Assembly: GCA_030141605.1 (NCBI GenBank)
Contig: JAQGDQ010000898.1
Location: 1-64,000 of the forward strand
Length of the DNA stretch: 64,000 bases
Source of the DNA: Tubiluchus corallicola
Lineage: Eukaryota; Animalia; Priapulida
Direction of reading: 5' to 3'
The notes below the pieces were generated by a model that saw nothing but the letters and a program-made list of their open reading frames with translations, ran no database searches and had not been told where the DNA came from. The translations under genes and the position numbers were made by a program. Positions 1 through 14,730 of the stretch are shown here, piece after piece (position 1 is the first letter of the stretch; each line of letters starts with the position of its first letter).

Positions 1-846
1 TCATGCTCTTTTACGATCACAACTTTTTTAAAGTGCCTTTCACGTTGAAAATTCACCTTTTCAATATTTACACCATTGTTACTGGATAACATAGTCTGTT
101 CTTTGTTAGCATCCGCAGCGAGGTCCTTGACGCGTGATTATAAACAGAACACCAGCGACATAAAGTATGATCATTCGTTTGCTATAATTATTTCAGGTGA
201 CAAAACATCACATTTAGATTTATTTATGGAGTCCCAAAGTTTTTCTCGACAAAAAAGTGCAATTCATTATGCTCTTTCCTAAAGAAATATGGATCATTAG
301 TCTACGTAAGTCCTTTGGCAAAGATGTACGACTCCATTAAACACACCAACAGGTAAGGTAACTGACAATACGTGCTTCATTAAGATCGTAGGTGCAACTT
401 GGCGTTTAATATTTATTAACGTTGACAAAAAAGCGGGAACAATATTTCATTATTTTGCAAGATCAAGGCACTTTGAGCATCAACCAAAAACAATGATGAT
501 TGATCACAGAAGTTATTTCCCTAAGAGTTGGAATTAATCTCTAATCCTCATACCTTTCCACCACCTAGATGTGTTCGCTCAATAGCACAATACTACAGAA
601 GACTACAGAAAATCCTGTCACCTAAGCCAAAAAAGACAGCTTAATAAAGGACTATAGACTTCACCTTTGACAGCACAATTTCTCACTGGTCATAAGAATA
701 GGTGATCCATCTTTAGCCAGGCAGTATTAAACCTAATAACCTAACAAAAGCCACTGGTGTTATTATTTCAAGTCTTGAAGACACGCCAGGGCGGAGCAAA
801 CAGGATTAAAAAACCAAATTCGCACCTGCAGAGTTAATCAGCTTAC

Positions 847-873
847 CTGTATTGGGTGATGCCAGGGGCCAAT
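847..873 (-). CDS. MAGI: Candidate 27-nt MAGI microexon between WW1 and WW2 (DWPLASPNT)
   Basis: ACTGAC branch-like motif, TTGCTGTACAG acceptor, consensus CAG|GTAAGC donor, length 3n, stop-free in phase 1 matching the upstream exon. Confidence 0.5.
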
Positions 874-1609
874 CTGTACAGCAATATATGTCAAATGAAA
901 GTCAGTTTCCAAGTTGGGTAAGTGACCCTGAGAGAATTACGTCCACTTGACAGTGAACAAGATCCTGGCCAGAGTTGAAGTTGACAAACTATTGACAACA
1001 AAGAGCAGGCATAGCAAGGTCTTATAAAGATAACAACATTAGTGTTGGTGAGTGTTGGTGAGACATTAGTGTTGGTGAGGTATTCATCACACGAATGCTC
1101 AGAAGAGCCACTATATGTGAGATATTTTAGAAGAGAATAGATTAGATTACTAGGAGGTTACGGGCTTTGTTGCACTTGATTTTTTACCAAAAATAACCTT
1201 ATGCATTTATTCGTTGTTAATCTCATCAACAACAACAGTAAGATCCATTTCTTGGACATTTCTAGTCATTCACTAGGCTAACAGGGGTTACAAGACTTTT
1301 GAAAGGGACGTTTATGGAAGGTAAGTGGAAAAAGTGACACGTGTGGGTCATAATAAAAGAAAATCCAGCTCACAGCAACACTTAAACTAGTAGGCTTTCA
1401 AATTCCTTTGCACAGGACTGCAAACTTATTACGATGGAACGTATTTCGAGCCTCACGGAATTGAGAAGATCTCGCCTCTTACTTGTAACAGCAAAACCAC
1501 CACGGTTTTATTTATTTTCAAAAGATTATCTCGGACATGTCACCAACAAATCACAACGCTTAAACCCAACAAAGAAGATTTTGCCTGGTTAGCTCCACAC
1601 AAGATTATA

Positions 1610-2039
1610 TAGGTTTTACATGTCAAATGTAGACCTGCGTTAACTCAAATGTAGATTTACGTAATTCAAAATGTGTCTTGGTAACTCAAATATAGACACA
1701 TGTCAAGTCAAATGTGACATTTGTATCTCAAATGTGGATAGGTGGTAAAGTTTAAGGATGTTGAATTTAATCTTCTTTAATTTCAATTTAATAATTGCTC
1801 CTAAGTTAAAATAACAAGGTTATAGGGCTACTAATAGATGCACTTTCTTTGGTTTATCCTTTTCTAATTTGCACTTAAATAACTTAATTACCGATTTATT
1901 CAAAGTAATGCATCTACATCTGACTTACCTAAATCACATTTGAGTTACCAAAACACATTTCGAAATTCCTATGTCTACATTTGACTTACCTAAGTCACAT
2001 TTGAACTTTCCTGTGTCTACATTTGACGTGTAAAACCTA
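1610..2039 (-). mobile_element. TA-flanked MITE family B, copy 1
   Basis: TIR GGTTTTACAYGTCAAATGTAGA with subterminal TCAAATGT repeats. Confidence 0.82.
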
Positions 2040-3298
2040 TAACAGCCGCTTTTTGAAGAAAAGTTGTAGTCTTCATCTTCCAAGATTTAGTTAACAGACC
2101 TATGAAATAATAGTATCAACACTGAACCTTTATTTGACACTAATCAGGGTTCAATTATCACTTCAAGTCCAATAACAACCGGAAAAAGAGAATGCTTCCA
2201 CGGTGCTGTCAAACACTTATAAAGACTACCGCTATTGCCAGACAAACACAGGAAAATACCAACAATGTCTCACCTACCCAAACATGCACGGGTTCAATTA
2301 ACGTTTCACAGCAGAATTACAATTGTAAAACTTCCTTCGCGGTGTTATTACAACAACCTAAAAAGGTTGCCGCTATTGCCAGCAACTTTTTTCGACAATG
2401 AAGTAAATACAAGAAAACACCAGCGATGTCTGATCAACCCTAACATTCACATTTCACTTAAAATTCACAGCGTAGCGATAATTGTAAAGCTGCCCCCACA
2501 GTGTTATCAATCACTTTAAAAGACTTCCCTCATTGCCAACCACTATTCTTTACGATAAAACAATTACAGGAATGCACCAGCAACGTCTGATCTAGCACAA
2601 ACCTATACACCATCATATAAATAAAATAAATTCTAACACGTATGGTGGTGCGGGGTTCAAACCAGTTTTAAATGAGATAACGCATCATAAAATTCACATT
2701 ATCCCCCATCTTATGAAGGACGCATCATCCACGACCGCTTTGCTTTTAATTAGACTAGGGGGCGGATCTACGGTCAGGGAGTTCATTCCCCTGAACTACT
2801 GTAATAACAAACTCTTGCACATTGAGAATTCCAAAGCCATGCTACTATGTAAATAACAGTCCAGTAAATTTAAGATTTTAATATGGTTGTACTGTAGATT
2901 TAAACGAAAATGTAAAATTAAAGGTTAAGAACACATTTAAAGATTATGTTTTAAGATACCTATTATAGCTTCTTACAACACTGTATATTGTAATATAATT
3001 ACAAGCGAACTACAATTTGTGGTTATTATAAAGTTGAATGTCTATAGATATGTTACTTTACTAACATCGCATTACCTGTTTTACTAATATCTTTATCTTT
3101 GTAAACTGTATATTTTTATACGAAATAAACTCATAATAATAATAATAATACACTGTACAATGACGCAATAAATTTAGCAATCTAATTAGAAAAAAAACTA
3201 GAACTATAATCGCACCGTGTCAAAATCAGTATCTTATTTTATGAAAAGCAAACAAAAAACTATTGTGAAATTTTAGCAAATTTCTATAATTTGTAATA

Positions 3299-3791
3299 TA
3301 GGTTTTACACGTCAAATGTAGACATAGGAAAGTTCAAATCTGACTTAGGTAAGTCAAATGTAGACATAGGAATTTCGAGCGTGTTTTGGTAACTCAAATG
3401 TGACTTAGGTAAGTCAAATGTAGACATGGAACTTAGCACTGCATTAATGAATTAGTTCCTCTCAAGAAACATTGTTTATTTTAAGAATGTATTGTTTTCT
3501 CTAACAGTTCCAATGGTATATAAAGTTTGCAGAATATTAGTAGCCCTATAACGTTGTTATTTTAACTTAAGAGCAATTATTAAATTGAAATTAAAGAAGA
3601 TTAAATTTAACATCCTTAAACTTTACCACCTATCCACATTTGAGATACCAATGTCACATTTGACTTGACATGTGTCTACATTTGACTTACCAAAAGCGCT
3701 CAAGATTTGGTGAAAACCATTGTTAATACATTTGAACTACCTAAGTCTACATTTGAGTTAACGCAGGTCTACATTTGACACGTAAAACCTA
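3299..3791 (+). mobile_element. TA-flanked MITE family B, copy 2
   Basis: Same TIRs, TA flanks. Confidence 0.82.
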
Positions 3792-4224
3792 TATACACGC
3801 TTAATTTAGACTTAGTACTAAAATGACGTGCTTTAGAAGTGATTCGAATAAAAGTGTATAAATGTTACACCATCTCTAGATCTGACAAGTACGAAAAATT
3901 ATTTGATTAATACGTTAATTAGGAGAGACATCTACACCACCAGTACTGGATAGACATATGTATTCAAAATTTAATTTTCGAATTTCAGTAAAATATTCGA
4001 AGAATGTGATCACTATCTCACACGTTTGTGCATAATCAAAGTCTGTGGGCACCAACAAAATTTGTTGCGTTTGTAAATTAGCCTGAAAACGAAAGGAATG
4101 TGGAGAATTTGTGGAATTTTAGCATGGAGTTGCTGTACAATCACGATTGAACGGTTTAGTCTGATACAGTGCTTGAGTAAGTATGTTCAGTTAGTATGTA
4201 TTTAGTTCTTGGCGAGACGAATCT

Positions 4225-4415
4225 AGGTAATAAAGTCACAGGTAAAAAAGTCACAGAAAAAAGGCACAGTAAAAAAAGAAATAACCCTAACCATAAACGT
4301 AACCCCTAATCATAACGCCTAACCCTAGCGAAAATTTATTGTGACTTTTTCCTAGCCAAAATTGTGACTTTCTTCCTGTGAGTTTTTCCCGGCCAAAATT
4401 GTGACTTTTTTCCAG
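4225..4415. repeat. Small fold-back element: AAAGTCACA/TGTGACTTT repeats around degenerate CCCTAA units
   Basis: Repeats on opposite arms are reverse complements. Confidence 0.55.
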
Positions 4416-5327
4416 TTACTTCATTTTCGGCCACTGAATTTCTTACCCCAACAATGGACTAATATAGACAACTAAATTGAAGCGGTTTCACGAATATTTC
4501 AGATATTCAGTAATTGAACAGGTTAAGTATTGCCTCACATGCTGTTGCTTTAACAGAGGAAAAGTCTTAAGAATCTTAATAAGTAGGAATGATCAGTTTA
4601 CAGCAGTATTGTGGCTATTGTTTCACAAGCTGATGTAAATGTCAACATTTTCATGTGCTGGATACAATAGCATTTCTTGCCCAAAGATGTCGTTACTAGT
4701 CATGATGCAGACCTACTAGGCACCATGACAAAGTGATATTCGTTGCTCCAGTGATTTATTGACAAATTCAACAAATTCAGATTTTTCGGAAAGTCTGATT
4801 AGTGTACAATCATGGTATAAACTATAAATTATTATACAAATTAGGTATAAAAACTGCACGATATCTTAGTACATGCTGTGAGTTACTTGTGAGACAATTA
4901 AAAATTTGCAGTGATCTTCAGAATTGGTGTAAGTATTAATAACATGCGGAAGAAAACTTTTTTAGTCATTGAAACATCTCAAGGTGCTTGAGCCACTACA
5001 GAGTGCTGCTCAATGACACTGTCAGATCAAAACCGTGATAATCAAACATACAGCTGATGAACTTGAATTGCCTCGTAAGTGATTCTTGAAGTGAGAGGAG
5101 ATCAAGAATAACTCGCATTAGCAACATTGACGTTGCAAACTTTCCCACAACATCTCTTTTTGTATGTGCGTCCTTCACTCAAGGACGAAGAGAGAAAAAG
5201 AAACTAAGAAGGGAAGGAAAAGTGAGGGAGCAGGAAAGCCAGATAGGTGGAGAGAAAAGAAAGAGAATGAGGAAGAGAAAGGAGGAAGAAGGGAGTAAAG
5301 GAAAAAAGAAATGGAAAGAAAAGAGGA

Positions 5328-5767
<440 letters not shown>

Positions 5768-5915
5768 AACACTAGAGTGGAGAAGCAGTCCAGAAGTAGT
5801 GATGGATACCTGCTATTTTTCAGATAACTAATTCCTTGAGAGAAATCATTTTACAACTGATTCCTATGATTACATTGCACAAATACGTACAAAAGTTGAT
5901 TATATGATAACTCAC

Positions 5916-5995
5916 CATTATCATCACAGTCTTCAGCTCGCTTTCTGACTCTTGCTAACCGAGGATCCAACCAGTGTGTAGTGCCAGTGTTATGG
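5916..5995 (-). CDS. MAGI: MAGI internal exon: second half of WW1 (DHNTGTTHWLDPRLARVRKRAEDCDDN)
   Basis: Not in the ORF track; translated by hand. Acceptor TTTTTATTTCCAG, donor G|GTGAGT; GA|C completes the Asp of FIDHNT..T.WLDPR; 80 bp, phase 2-1. Confidence 0.93.
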
Positions 5996-7629
5996 CTGGA
6001 AATAAAAAGTAGGGGTTAGTACACGATGAATGCAATAGAATGACGGTGAAGTTTAAAATACAACGTTAAAGCTTTAACTTGAGGAAATTAATAGTGGCGA
6101 CAAAGGTTGTTGGTTCAAATCCATGGCAAATTTCATTCATTTCATTTCATTTTAATTCACATGAAATGTGGTTTTTAAACGCTATAAAATTTATTATACA
6201 TGTAGTAGAAGTGTGATTTATCATTCTCATTGCATTTTACTTTCATTGTTTAATATGATAATGTAAAGACAATGTTGATACGTTATGTACAGTAGCATAG
6301 TGTGCATAAAATATACAACATTAATAGGTATAATGGATAGTATAATATTTATTATTATTAACTAGTTAAATTAACTAGTTAACAAATCAAGTCCCTATCA
6401 GCATTTAAAACAAAATTAAAATCACTAATATTAACCAGATATGAAATACCATCACACCAGTACGACAACATACACACTAATTCAGAATTTATATATCCAC
6501 GGCCATATTAATTAAATCATAGTTTTTTTCATTTTTTTGTGCATAGTTGTAAATATGTTTGATTTTAATCGTCGTTACTTTCCATTACTGCACAGTAGTT
6601 TAGATTGCACTGACGCATTTGCCTTTAGCAGTGTAAGTTTTTATTAACTAACACTGATTGATCATCTCTGTAAAGTTTTTATCAGTGATTATCAATGTAT
6701 TTTAATGGCAAACAAAGATTATTATATACATATATAATAATATAATAATATGTATATATATATATACATAACCAAAATGTTTCTTTGAGCACTGCTTGAT
6801 TTCGGTTACTAGACGCAAACAACAGTTGTTTTTTACCTGCTGCTGACTAAAAATGCACTATATATATATATATATATATGTATATGCGATAAAAATAATA
6901 ATTTATGAGAACATCAACAAATAAACAAGTATTTACATAAGCAGGCATAACACATAAAACCCATTTCCACATCTTGTAAGGGTTCTCAGTTACTAGGTGG
7001 GAAAAATTTGCACTTCAAGATGAAATGACTTATCGGGAAAATTTCTTGGAAACGCATAAATTAGTGTAATTAATCAACATCACTTAGCATAAACGTTAAG
7101 ATTGGCAAATAAATTTTCAAGCAGATAAAAATCGTTTGCATTAAAGATGTGTCAATTTTTTTCCATAAATTACTGCAGAAACTTGCAAATATTCTCTTTA
7201 ACGTGAATTTTCCACTATCACTGCTGCCATCTTGTGGCCGAATGGAAAACATGTCGCATTTCATGAAATTTTACATTAAAAATATGGTTAGTGGCTCAAG
7301 TTGTTAATGACTTATTACACAACATATTAAAATAATATGACTATAAAAATATAATATTTAGAGGATGAGGTTTATATCGTAATATTTTAATTTTTGAATA
7401 TAAAATCAGTTTTTGAAACATGATTAAGCTAATGGCTGGAGATACCTTCCAAATATTTATTATTCATCACAAATATTAGTAAAAATAAGCAATCAAGACT
7501 TCAATGTAGGTTGAAGATAATTCTAAAGAAAGATAATAAAAGCTTATTCTCCTCTTTCACTCAGGTTGAATGGTTTGGAGTTTCTTGTTTTATCGAAACT
7601 TTAACCCCTTGCATTAAATGAACCTTATA

Positions 7630-8124
7630 CAGGGATGAGAATGACAAATTGCAAAAAACTCTGAAACAGGCCGGGGGTTTTGGGGCCACCTAGGCCCCCA
7701 ATGGGGTTCAAGGGAACCCCCTTGGAGCCAGGAAGAAATTGCAATTTTGTGACCATAGAGAGTTACCTTGTTTCATGCATAATTTAAAATATCCAACTAT
7801 CAAGGATACATGATACCTAATTGTCTCAAAAACGTCTAAGTACTGGCAGCTCCCATGCAAAAGTATATAAAAACTGTCTACAATTGACTCAAATAACTCC
7901 GCACATTTGATTCTATGTTTTTATACATAGAGATATACACGTGGTTACACTGATGTACGTGATGTAAACAAAGTGACGGCCTGCCAACTAGTGGTCAGCT
8001 TGAGAAATAATATACTGGGTCCGTAAAAATTTTCTCAGCGAATTTACGCGATTTACAAAAATGGCATTACTGGTCTTCCAAAAACTCGGAATGCCGGCGT
8101 ATCCGCGGAAAATTCTCATCCCTG
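7630..8124 (+). mobile_element. hAT-type MITE family C, copy 1
   Basis: TIR CAGGGATGAGAAT; 8-bp TSD ACCTTATA. Confidence 0.9.
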
Positions 8125-9317
8125 ACCTTATATGACTAAAAGCTGTTCTTTTATTTAACACTCATTTATCAGTAACAACAATAATTTGCAGTTACAGTTA
8201 CGCTCGCCAGATGAGTTAATATGTTGCCCTCCACTGCACAAATTGACAGACAAACCTTTACGTCTAGCAGGCTGAGAAGAGGCAATCACAGTTCATAGAT
8301 TCAATTAAAATTGAAGGCTGAAATTACGGTACGCTTTGTTGACTTTGGTCGGCCATGTTTGGACAGGTTTTTTACACTTGCCTGGTGAGTTTAGTTTACT
8401 AGTGTTTACTCAGCTTGCATTGCTCTTCCATACACACTACGCCAATATAGTATTTCTTTCGACCTGCGCGAAGTTTTATAATAAATTTCAACTCTAGAAA
8501 AAGTTCAAATGCTCCAGCAGAGAATTCCATGCGTACACGACCAAATCAAATAACATTCCACCATTTTCCCTAGAGACTAAACAATTTCTGATTTCTCAAA
8601 CCCCTTGATTTCGTGAGCCAGAACCGGGGCAAAATGTGCACAAAAATACAAGAACCGGGGCAAAATGCGCAAAAAATGTAGCTCAAACCAAATTTTATAC
8701 TGGCTTGTTTTGTCTTTCTGAAAAATTTAAGCTACTAGCAAACAGGACCGCTTATTGTCACACATATTAAAGCTAAATATCCCTCGTAACAAGAGAAAAC
8801 ACAATTCAATTCAATTTATTTATCTCTTTATAATGTTACAATAAAACATGATTAATAAAAGAATCTCTAATAAGTTTTGAAAAATGGTTAAAATGTATAA
8901 ATAGATCTAGAACTAGAGGAAGGATAGCGAAAAGACTATAAAGTCACCTAGTCTGCTATCCTTTACCGAATATAGATAAAAAGATTTTTTAGACACTGGT
9001 GGGCATTAATGTTATCAGTTTAATTTAGGAAACATTAGTAATTTTTAAAATTATGACATTTTCTATATAATCCAGAGAAAAGAATATACATGTAGTTTAA
9101 TTGGCAGGCAACAAAATAAGGTCAATCTTGAATAAACTAAAAATTGCATTTAGATTTTTCAATCGTTCAAATCACTCTAATTTCACTCACTGCCATATTG
9201 TGCATCTCAACGATCTTCAGCACTCAATAAAACTAAGTTCAGGCAATTTGTACCACTGTCATGCTTTTAACAAAATTAGTCCCCAAGCTTGATAGTACGG
9301 AGGAAGTGTTCTCTAAG

Positions 9318-9920
9318 CTGGGCTGGATTTACCAATAGGCAAAGCAGGCCAATGGCCTAGGGTAGCAATACGCCCATGGGTAACTGGGCGCCCAATGAAA
9401 TCAATTTGTCTGCAGCGTGCCAGCTTGTAACCTTATTTCAGAACTACACTGGGTATTTAAGTGTATTCTTACATTGTAATATTATGAGATTATGTAGTAT
9501 TTGTTGACATTTGGCCATTGCATATACATGAATCACCTTCATGAAGATAACACTGAACTGAGCTTCAACGATTTGCATGAATTTTTCAATGGAAACCCAA
9601 TGTCATATTGTGAATTTGTAAATAACTCTTTAGCGATTTTTGGACAGTAATGATCATGTTAGACGATAATAAGCGTGTAGTGAGAAATTGTAAATAATTC
9701 TTCAGTTATTTTTTGACAGAAATGATCATGTTATATGATCAAAACTCCTTTTTTGCAGTGATCTATGGACTGAACTAAAGTATCATGTTCGACTATCTCT
9801 TAATCAGTCAATAAATATATATATATATATTGAATACTGAAACATGCCAACATTTCTATAAATTTGGGGGCCCACAGATGAGTGTGGCATAGGGTCTACA
9901 AGTAGGCAAATCTCGCCCTG
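9318..9920. mobile_element. hAT-type MITE (single copy)
   Basis: Imperfect TIR CTGGGCTGGATTT / AAATCTCGCCCTG; 8-bp TSD TCTCTAAG. Confidence 0.7.
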
Positions 9921-10436
9921 TCTCTAAGGTTACGAGGAAACTTAGAGAGCATGCAAGAATGAGCCTGCCTTTGACTGGCTGCTTAATTGGGTCTCTTTTG
10001 CTCTTTCTTGCTCCTCGTTGTTTTTGTTCATATTTCTTCCACTCCCTCTTTCCGTGTCGTCATTCCAAATAATAAAACTATTAAAGCAACAAAACAACCC
10101 GCAGTCACCATAAAATTATAAACCAGAAACCGATGTGGTTCTTACTGGTTAACACGTGGAAACCGGTCTTCAGTTGAACTATTAGCTCAAGTTATGTCCC
10201 TAAACAGTTGTTACAAACAGCAGTTTTCGTTTCGATGGTTTTGTAGATCAGAACTTTAGCCCAAATATCCATGGTATTAAAGCAAGTTAGAAAACACAGT
10301 AAATTGCAGAAATTTACAAAAAGTTATAGTGAGCGTGAAGTAAAAGTAAATAGTAAAAGCTGTTGAGGTTAAAAATGAAATTCATCCAGCTAAAATCTCC
10401 TGATGGAGAAAATTGGACAGCGATACAATTTGATAG

Positions 10437-10945
10437 CAGGGATGAGAATGACAAATTGTAAAAAACTCTGAAACAGGCCGAGGGTTTGGGGACCACGTAG
10501 GCCCCCAATGGAGTTCAAGGGGAGCCAGCAACAAATTGCAATATTGTGACCATAGAGAGCCTCTAAGTGGACTTAAAATATCAATTACCTTGTTTCATGC
10601 ATAATTTAAAATACCCAACTATCAAGGATACGTGATACCTAATTGTCTCAAAAACGCCTAACTACTGGCCGCTCCTATGCAAAAGTATATAAAAACCGTC
10701 TGCAATTGACTCAAATAACTCCACACAATTGATTCTATATTTTTATACATAGAGATATACACGTCGTTACACTGGTGTACGTGATGTAAACAAAGTGACG
10801 GCCTGCCAACTAGCGGTGAGCTTGTGAAATAACGTACTGGGTCCGTAAAAATTTTCTCAACGAATTTACGAGATTTACAAAAATGGCACTACTGGTCTTC
10901 CAAAAACTCGGAATTCTGCGTATCCGCGGAAAATTCTCATCCCTG
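10437..10945 (+). mobile_element. hAT-type MITE family C, copy 2 (about 30 bp from a MAGI donor site)
   Basis: Same TIR; 8-bp TSD TTTGATAG. Confidence 0.9.
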
Positions 10946-10977
10946 TTTGATAGTTAGAATTTGGAGATGATACTTAC

Positions 10978-11374
10978 TCTATAAAATAAATTTCCCCTGA
11001 TTCGGTAACCGCCTTCTCCCAGTTTTCCGGCAATGTTCCCAATTCCTCCTCAGTGTCTAGATGCGTCCAGAATTGGTCCGGATGTGATGGTGGTGGAGTA
11101 CGCCTTCCGGGACTCAACCGCACCTGATTGTCGGCCCACTTAGAAGGTGACGAGGCTACGCTCTCAGCATCGTCCTGCTCGGCAAGTTGCTGCACTTTTG
11201 CCGTCATGGCTACCACGTTTGAGAGATTGCGTTCACGTTTGCCTTTGCTAGAGGGGGACTTGCCTGGAAGGAAGAGGTCCTGAGATGAAGAAACAGACTG
11301 CTGATTGGTGGATGATGATTGAAATGAAGTATCACCGGTTGTTTCCTTTGGTTTAGGTGTACCGTAGTACTTTC
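10978..11374 (-). CDS. MAGI: MAGI internal exon: end of GK-like region (KYYGTPKP), linker, first half of WW1 (LGTLPENWEKAVTESGEIYFI)
   Basis: YYGTPKP and LPG..PSS.GKR.RN.SNV.AM motifs typical of MAGI; WW signature LP.NWE; acceptor TTTCAG, donor GA|GTAAGT; 397 bp, phase 1-2. Confidence 0.95.
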
Positions 11375-11423
11375 CTGAAACAAAAAGTATCTTCAATATG
11401 ATTATGAAATGTACTACAGTGTA

Positions 11424-12058
11424 TCCAATGCCAGGAGTTATCTATTCTTCCTGAAAATGTATATTTAACTCCACTAGACTTTCCTTTTCATACAAGTAGC
11501 AGAAGACTAGAAAAACTATCTTGTAGCATTTTACTAGGACAAGGTAACTTTAAAGATTTTCTTTTTAAAATTGGATACATACACGAAAATGCCTGCAATA
11601 TGTTCAGAGGAAGCACAAACAGTTGAACATTTGCTTTTTAATTGTACTTTGGTCGACGAAAATAAAAGATTAGCGCTCGCAAATAGCCTACAATTTCAAA
11701 ACATTAGTAAAATTTATACATCTCGAGACAAAAACCTGCTAGTTGCTTTCTCTGAGTTAGTTTGTGATTCGTTTTTACAAACTTTAGTATAAAATACTGA
11801 ACTTTTATATTATATCTGTCACTTTTATATTATACGGGTCGTTTTGTGTAAATTGGTACTATTTGATTTTAGTTGTTCTTTTATTGGTATATTGATTTAT
11901 TGGTATTTAAAAGTCTTACGAATATAACAGCTATTTTATTTACAAAGTTTTTTTAACCATACCCTGCAAATAGAGGGTCCCTGTATGTATTTTATGTAAA
12001 TATTTGTATATGCATTCAATCTAAAATTTTAAATAAAGAATTATAATAATAATAATAA
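11424..12058 (+). mobile_element. 3' fragment of a LINE related to the 51448-53284 element
   Basis: GQGNF..FL and CSEEAQTVEHLLFNC...DKNLLVAF match that element's C-terminus; AATAAA plus (TAA)n tail; 9-bp TSD TACAGTGTA. Confidence 0.8.
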
Positions 12059-12514
12059 TACAGTGTAGTTCAGAAAAAAACATTCTGCATGTCTATGCCT
12101 AATCTAATTCTGAATAAAAATCATTTCCCCCAAAAACTGTTACTGTTACGTATTTCATAAATCAACACATAACTGCTTACTAACAGTCACTTATCGTTGC
12201 AATTTGGAGAAACTGCTATAGCTTAGCCACGTGTACAGGCTGGTTAAAAAACATTTCTACATTTGTGTGCTTACAATAATTTTTGAATAAAAAGCAACAT
12301 CTGCTTACTAACTCTCTATTTATCCGAGGAAAGCTGGAGAAAATATCATAGCTGAAACAGTTTGTTATAAATTCACCTTTTTTTGATTTGAAAACACAAA
12401 ATGTAATCAAACTGCCCAGAAAATGAGCACTCAACTGACAACTATTGTCAAAGCGAAACCTTTAAATTCCAGCAAGAACAGACTGTCACACGCAGTTTTA
12501 AAAATGCAGCATTG

Positions 12515-13020
12515 ATTTGATTTGATTTAACTCTTTATTTCGAACTAGGTTCATAGAATACATAACATACAATAATTATAACCCCTCCTCTCAACACATG
12601 CAAATTAATACCTAAATAAATAAAATGACAGTACAATATATATATATACAATATCATACTTCCAGCCTGAATCGTTACTCATAATTTCTACCTAACACTT
12701 TCCTCCATTGGTCTCTTATGTCTGAAGTGTAAAATGCGTCACTGTTATTCAATGCGTTTATAAGAACATTTGAGCTTTGCATTACTCTACTGTATAGACT
12801 GTATGCAGTTTTCCTATGTATTACATCAAAGTATAAAACGTCGTGGTCTACTGAAATGGTCCTAGAACTATAATCATATGGGCAGTTGAAAAGTTTTCAT
12901 TTTGAAATGTTGTGAGCTACTTTAAGTTTGCTGAGACTGTAGTCATAAAAATGTCGCCAGGTGGCCATACCGTAGAAAGAAGTACAATAAGAGTTGAACA
13001 GATGAGTTTTGATCATTTGG
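12515..13020 (-). mobile_element. Degenerate CR1/L2-group LINE 3' fragment
   Basis: LFNSYCTSFYG..TW...KLKVAHN motif; AATAAA plus (AAATC)n tail; boundaries approximate. Confidence 0.6.
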
Positions 13021-13282
13021 TGAACAATGATGAAATTTTCTAAGAATACGGTTCGCTCTAGCATTATTACACTCAATTTTAAAAATACCCGAGCAAAGAG
13101 ATAAACCATTTTGAAAGGTTACTTTTTACGTTTAAAGCATTTTGTTACCATTGGACACTGTTTTAGTCATAATATAAATTATAGAACAGTCTTACTTCTA
13201 GTTTAACCTGTACTGCTGAAAGCTTTCACTGCACCAAAGTCAAAAAAGCATTAAAAATATTAATGCTTGATGTAGCTCTCAA

Positions 13283-13735
13283 CCCTTTCAGTCCCAAATT
13301 ATTTTTTAATAAGAAAAAAAATTTTGGCTTGATACTTTTGTTCAGTATGTCCATCTTGTTTACACATGATTTTTTTCTACCTGTGCACGCGTGCTAAATA
13401 TAGCCTGTATCCCACGGGATACATTGTGATTCAATGGAAACATAAAATGTGCTTCATTTTGCAATTGCTGATAATTTTTTAAAGTATTTAAGACATTTAG
13501 TATGCACGCTATGCTGATCTGTACAAAGTCGTCTCTAAAGTATTGTACCTTGCGCAGTTTTTTATGCTATGTAGATCTTCTAGTTTGCCATTTTATCACT
13601 ATTTTTAGTCTATTGTTATTGGCTTAAATCAAAATAACTATTAACAGATCAAATTACTGTCAGTTTTAAAATTTTATGAATTTTAACGGCAGAAAATATT
13701 CTCGTATCCCACGGGATACAACGGGTATGAAAGGG
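13283..13735 (+). mobile_element. TTAA MITE family A (piggyBac-type), copy 1
   Basis: CCCTTTCA...TGAAAGGG termini, TTAA-like flanks, 8 copies in window. Confidence 0.85.
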
Positions 13736-13899
13736 TTAATGTAAGTAACTGATTATGTTTGTCTAAAACTTGCTCCTGACTAGACTAGTGAGAAAGGAAA
13801 ATGAAGTAAAAAGTATGCTGCATTGTGTTCAGACGTTTTTCAGATCACAGGAAATCAGAAAAAAACGAAATGTGTCTTTAGCTGTTATTGCGTTTAGCT

Positions 13900-14305
13900 C
13901 AGGGTGTGCAAATTATCTGACTAGCCGGGCCACATTAAACATTCCCGCTATTCCTGTGGGCCACATGCAGTTTGATCAAGGAGCCAAGTACAGTAGGACT
14001 TAATAACGATTTTTTTGCATCCGATTTGCGTACATCATTACTACTACACTCAAGAAACTATTTTAGAAGTTATTAAAATTTATATTAAAAACCATACATT
14101 TCGTCATGTCTGACAGTGACATTAAGTGACAACGGTCTTGTAAGGGTTAATGCCATCCGATCTAGAGGAAAAAACTACCCGCACTATCTTAGCGATATTG
14201 GCGCGGACTTCAGCTGGATCGCCTGGGCCACACTTTCATTACGTTGACAAACCGCTTCGCGGGACGCACAAGATCTCCCGGCGGGCCGCAGTTTGCACAC
14301 CCCTG
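13900..14305 (+). mobile_element. hAT (Charlie-like) MITE family D, copy 1
   Basis: TIR CAGGG(G)TGTGCAAA; 8-bp TSD GTTTAGCT. Confidence 0.85.
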
Positions 14306-14361
14306 GTTTAGCTTATAGTTTTTAGAATAAATCGGGGAGTAAGTGCCCTGTTGGGAAATTA

Positions 14362-14730
<369 letters not shown>

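Noticed and set aside
2190-2595. Overlapping ORFs 2192-2519
   Set aside because: Three degenerate ~130-160-bp tandem copies with no protein features
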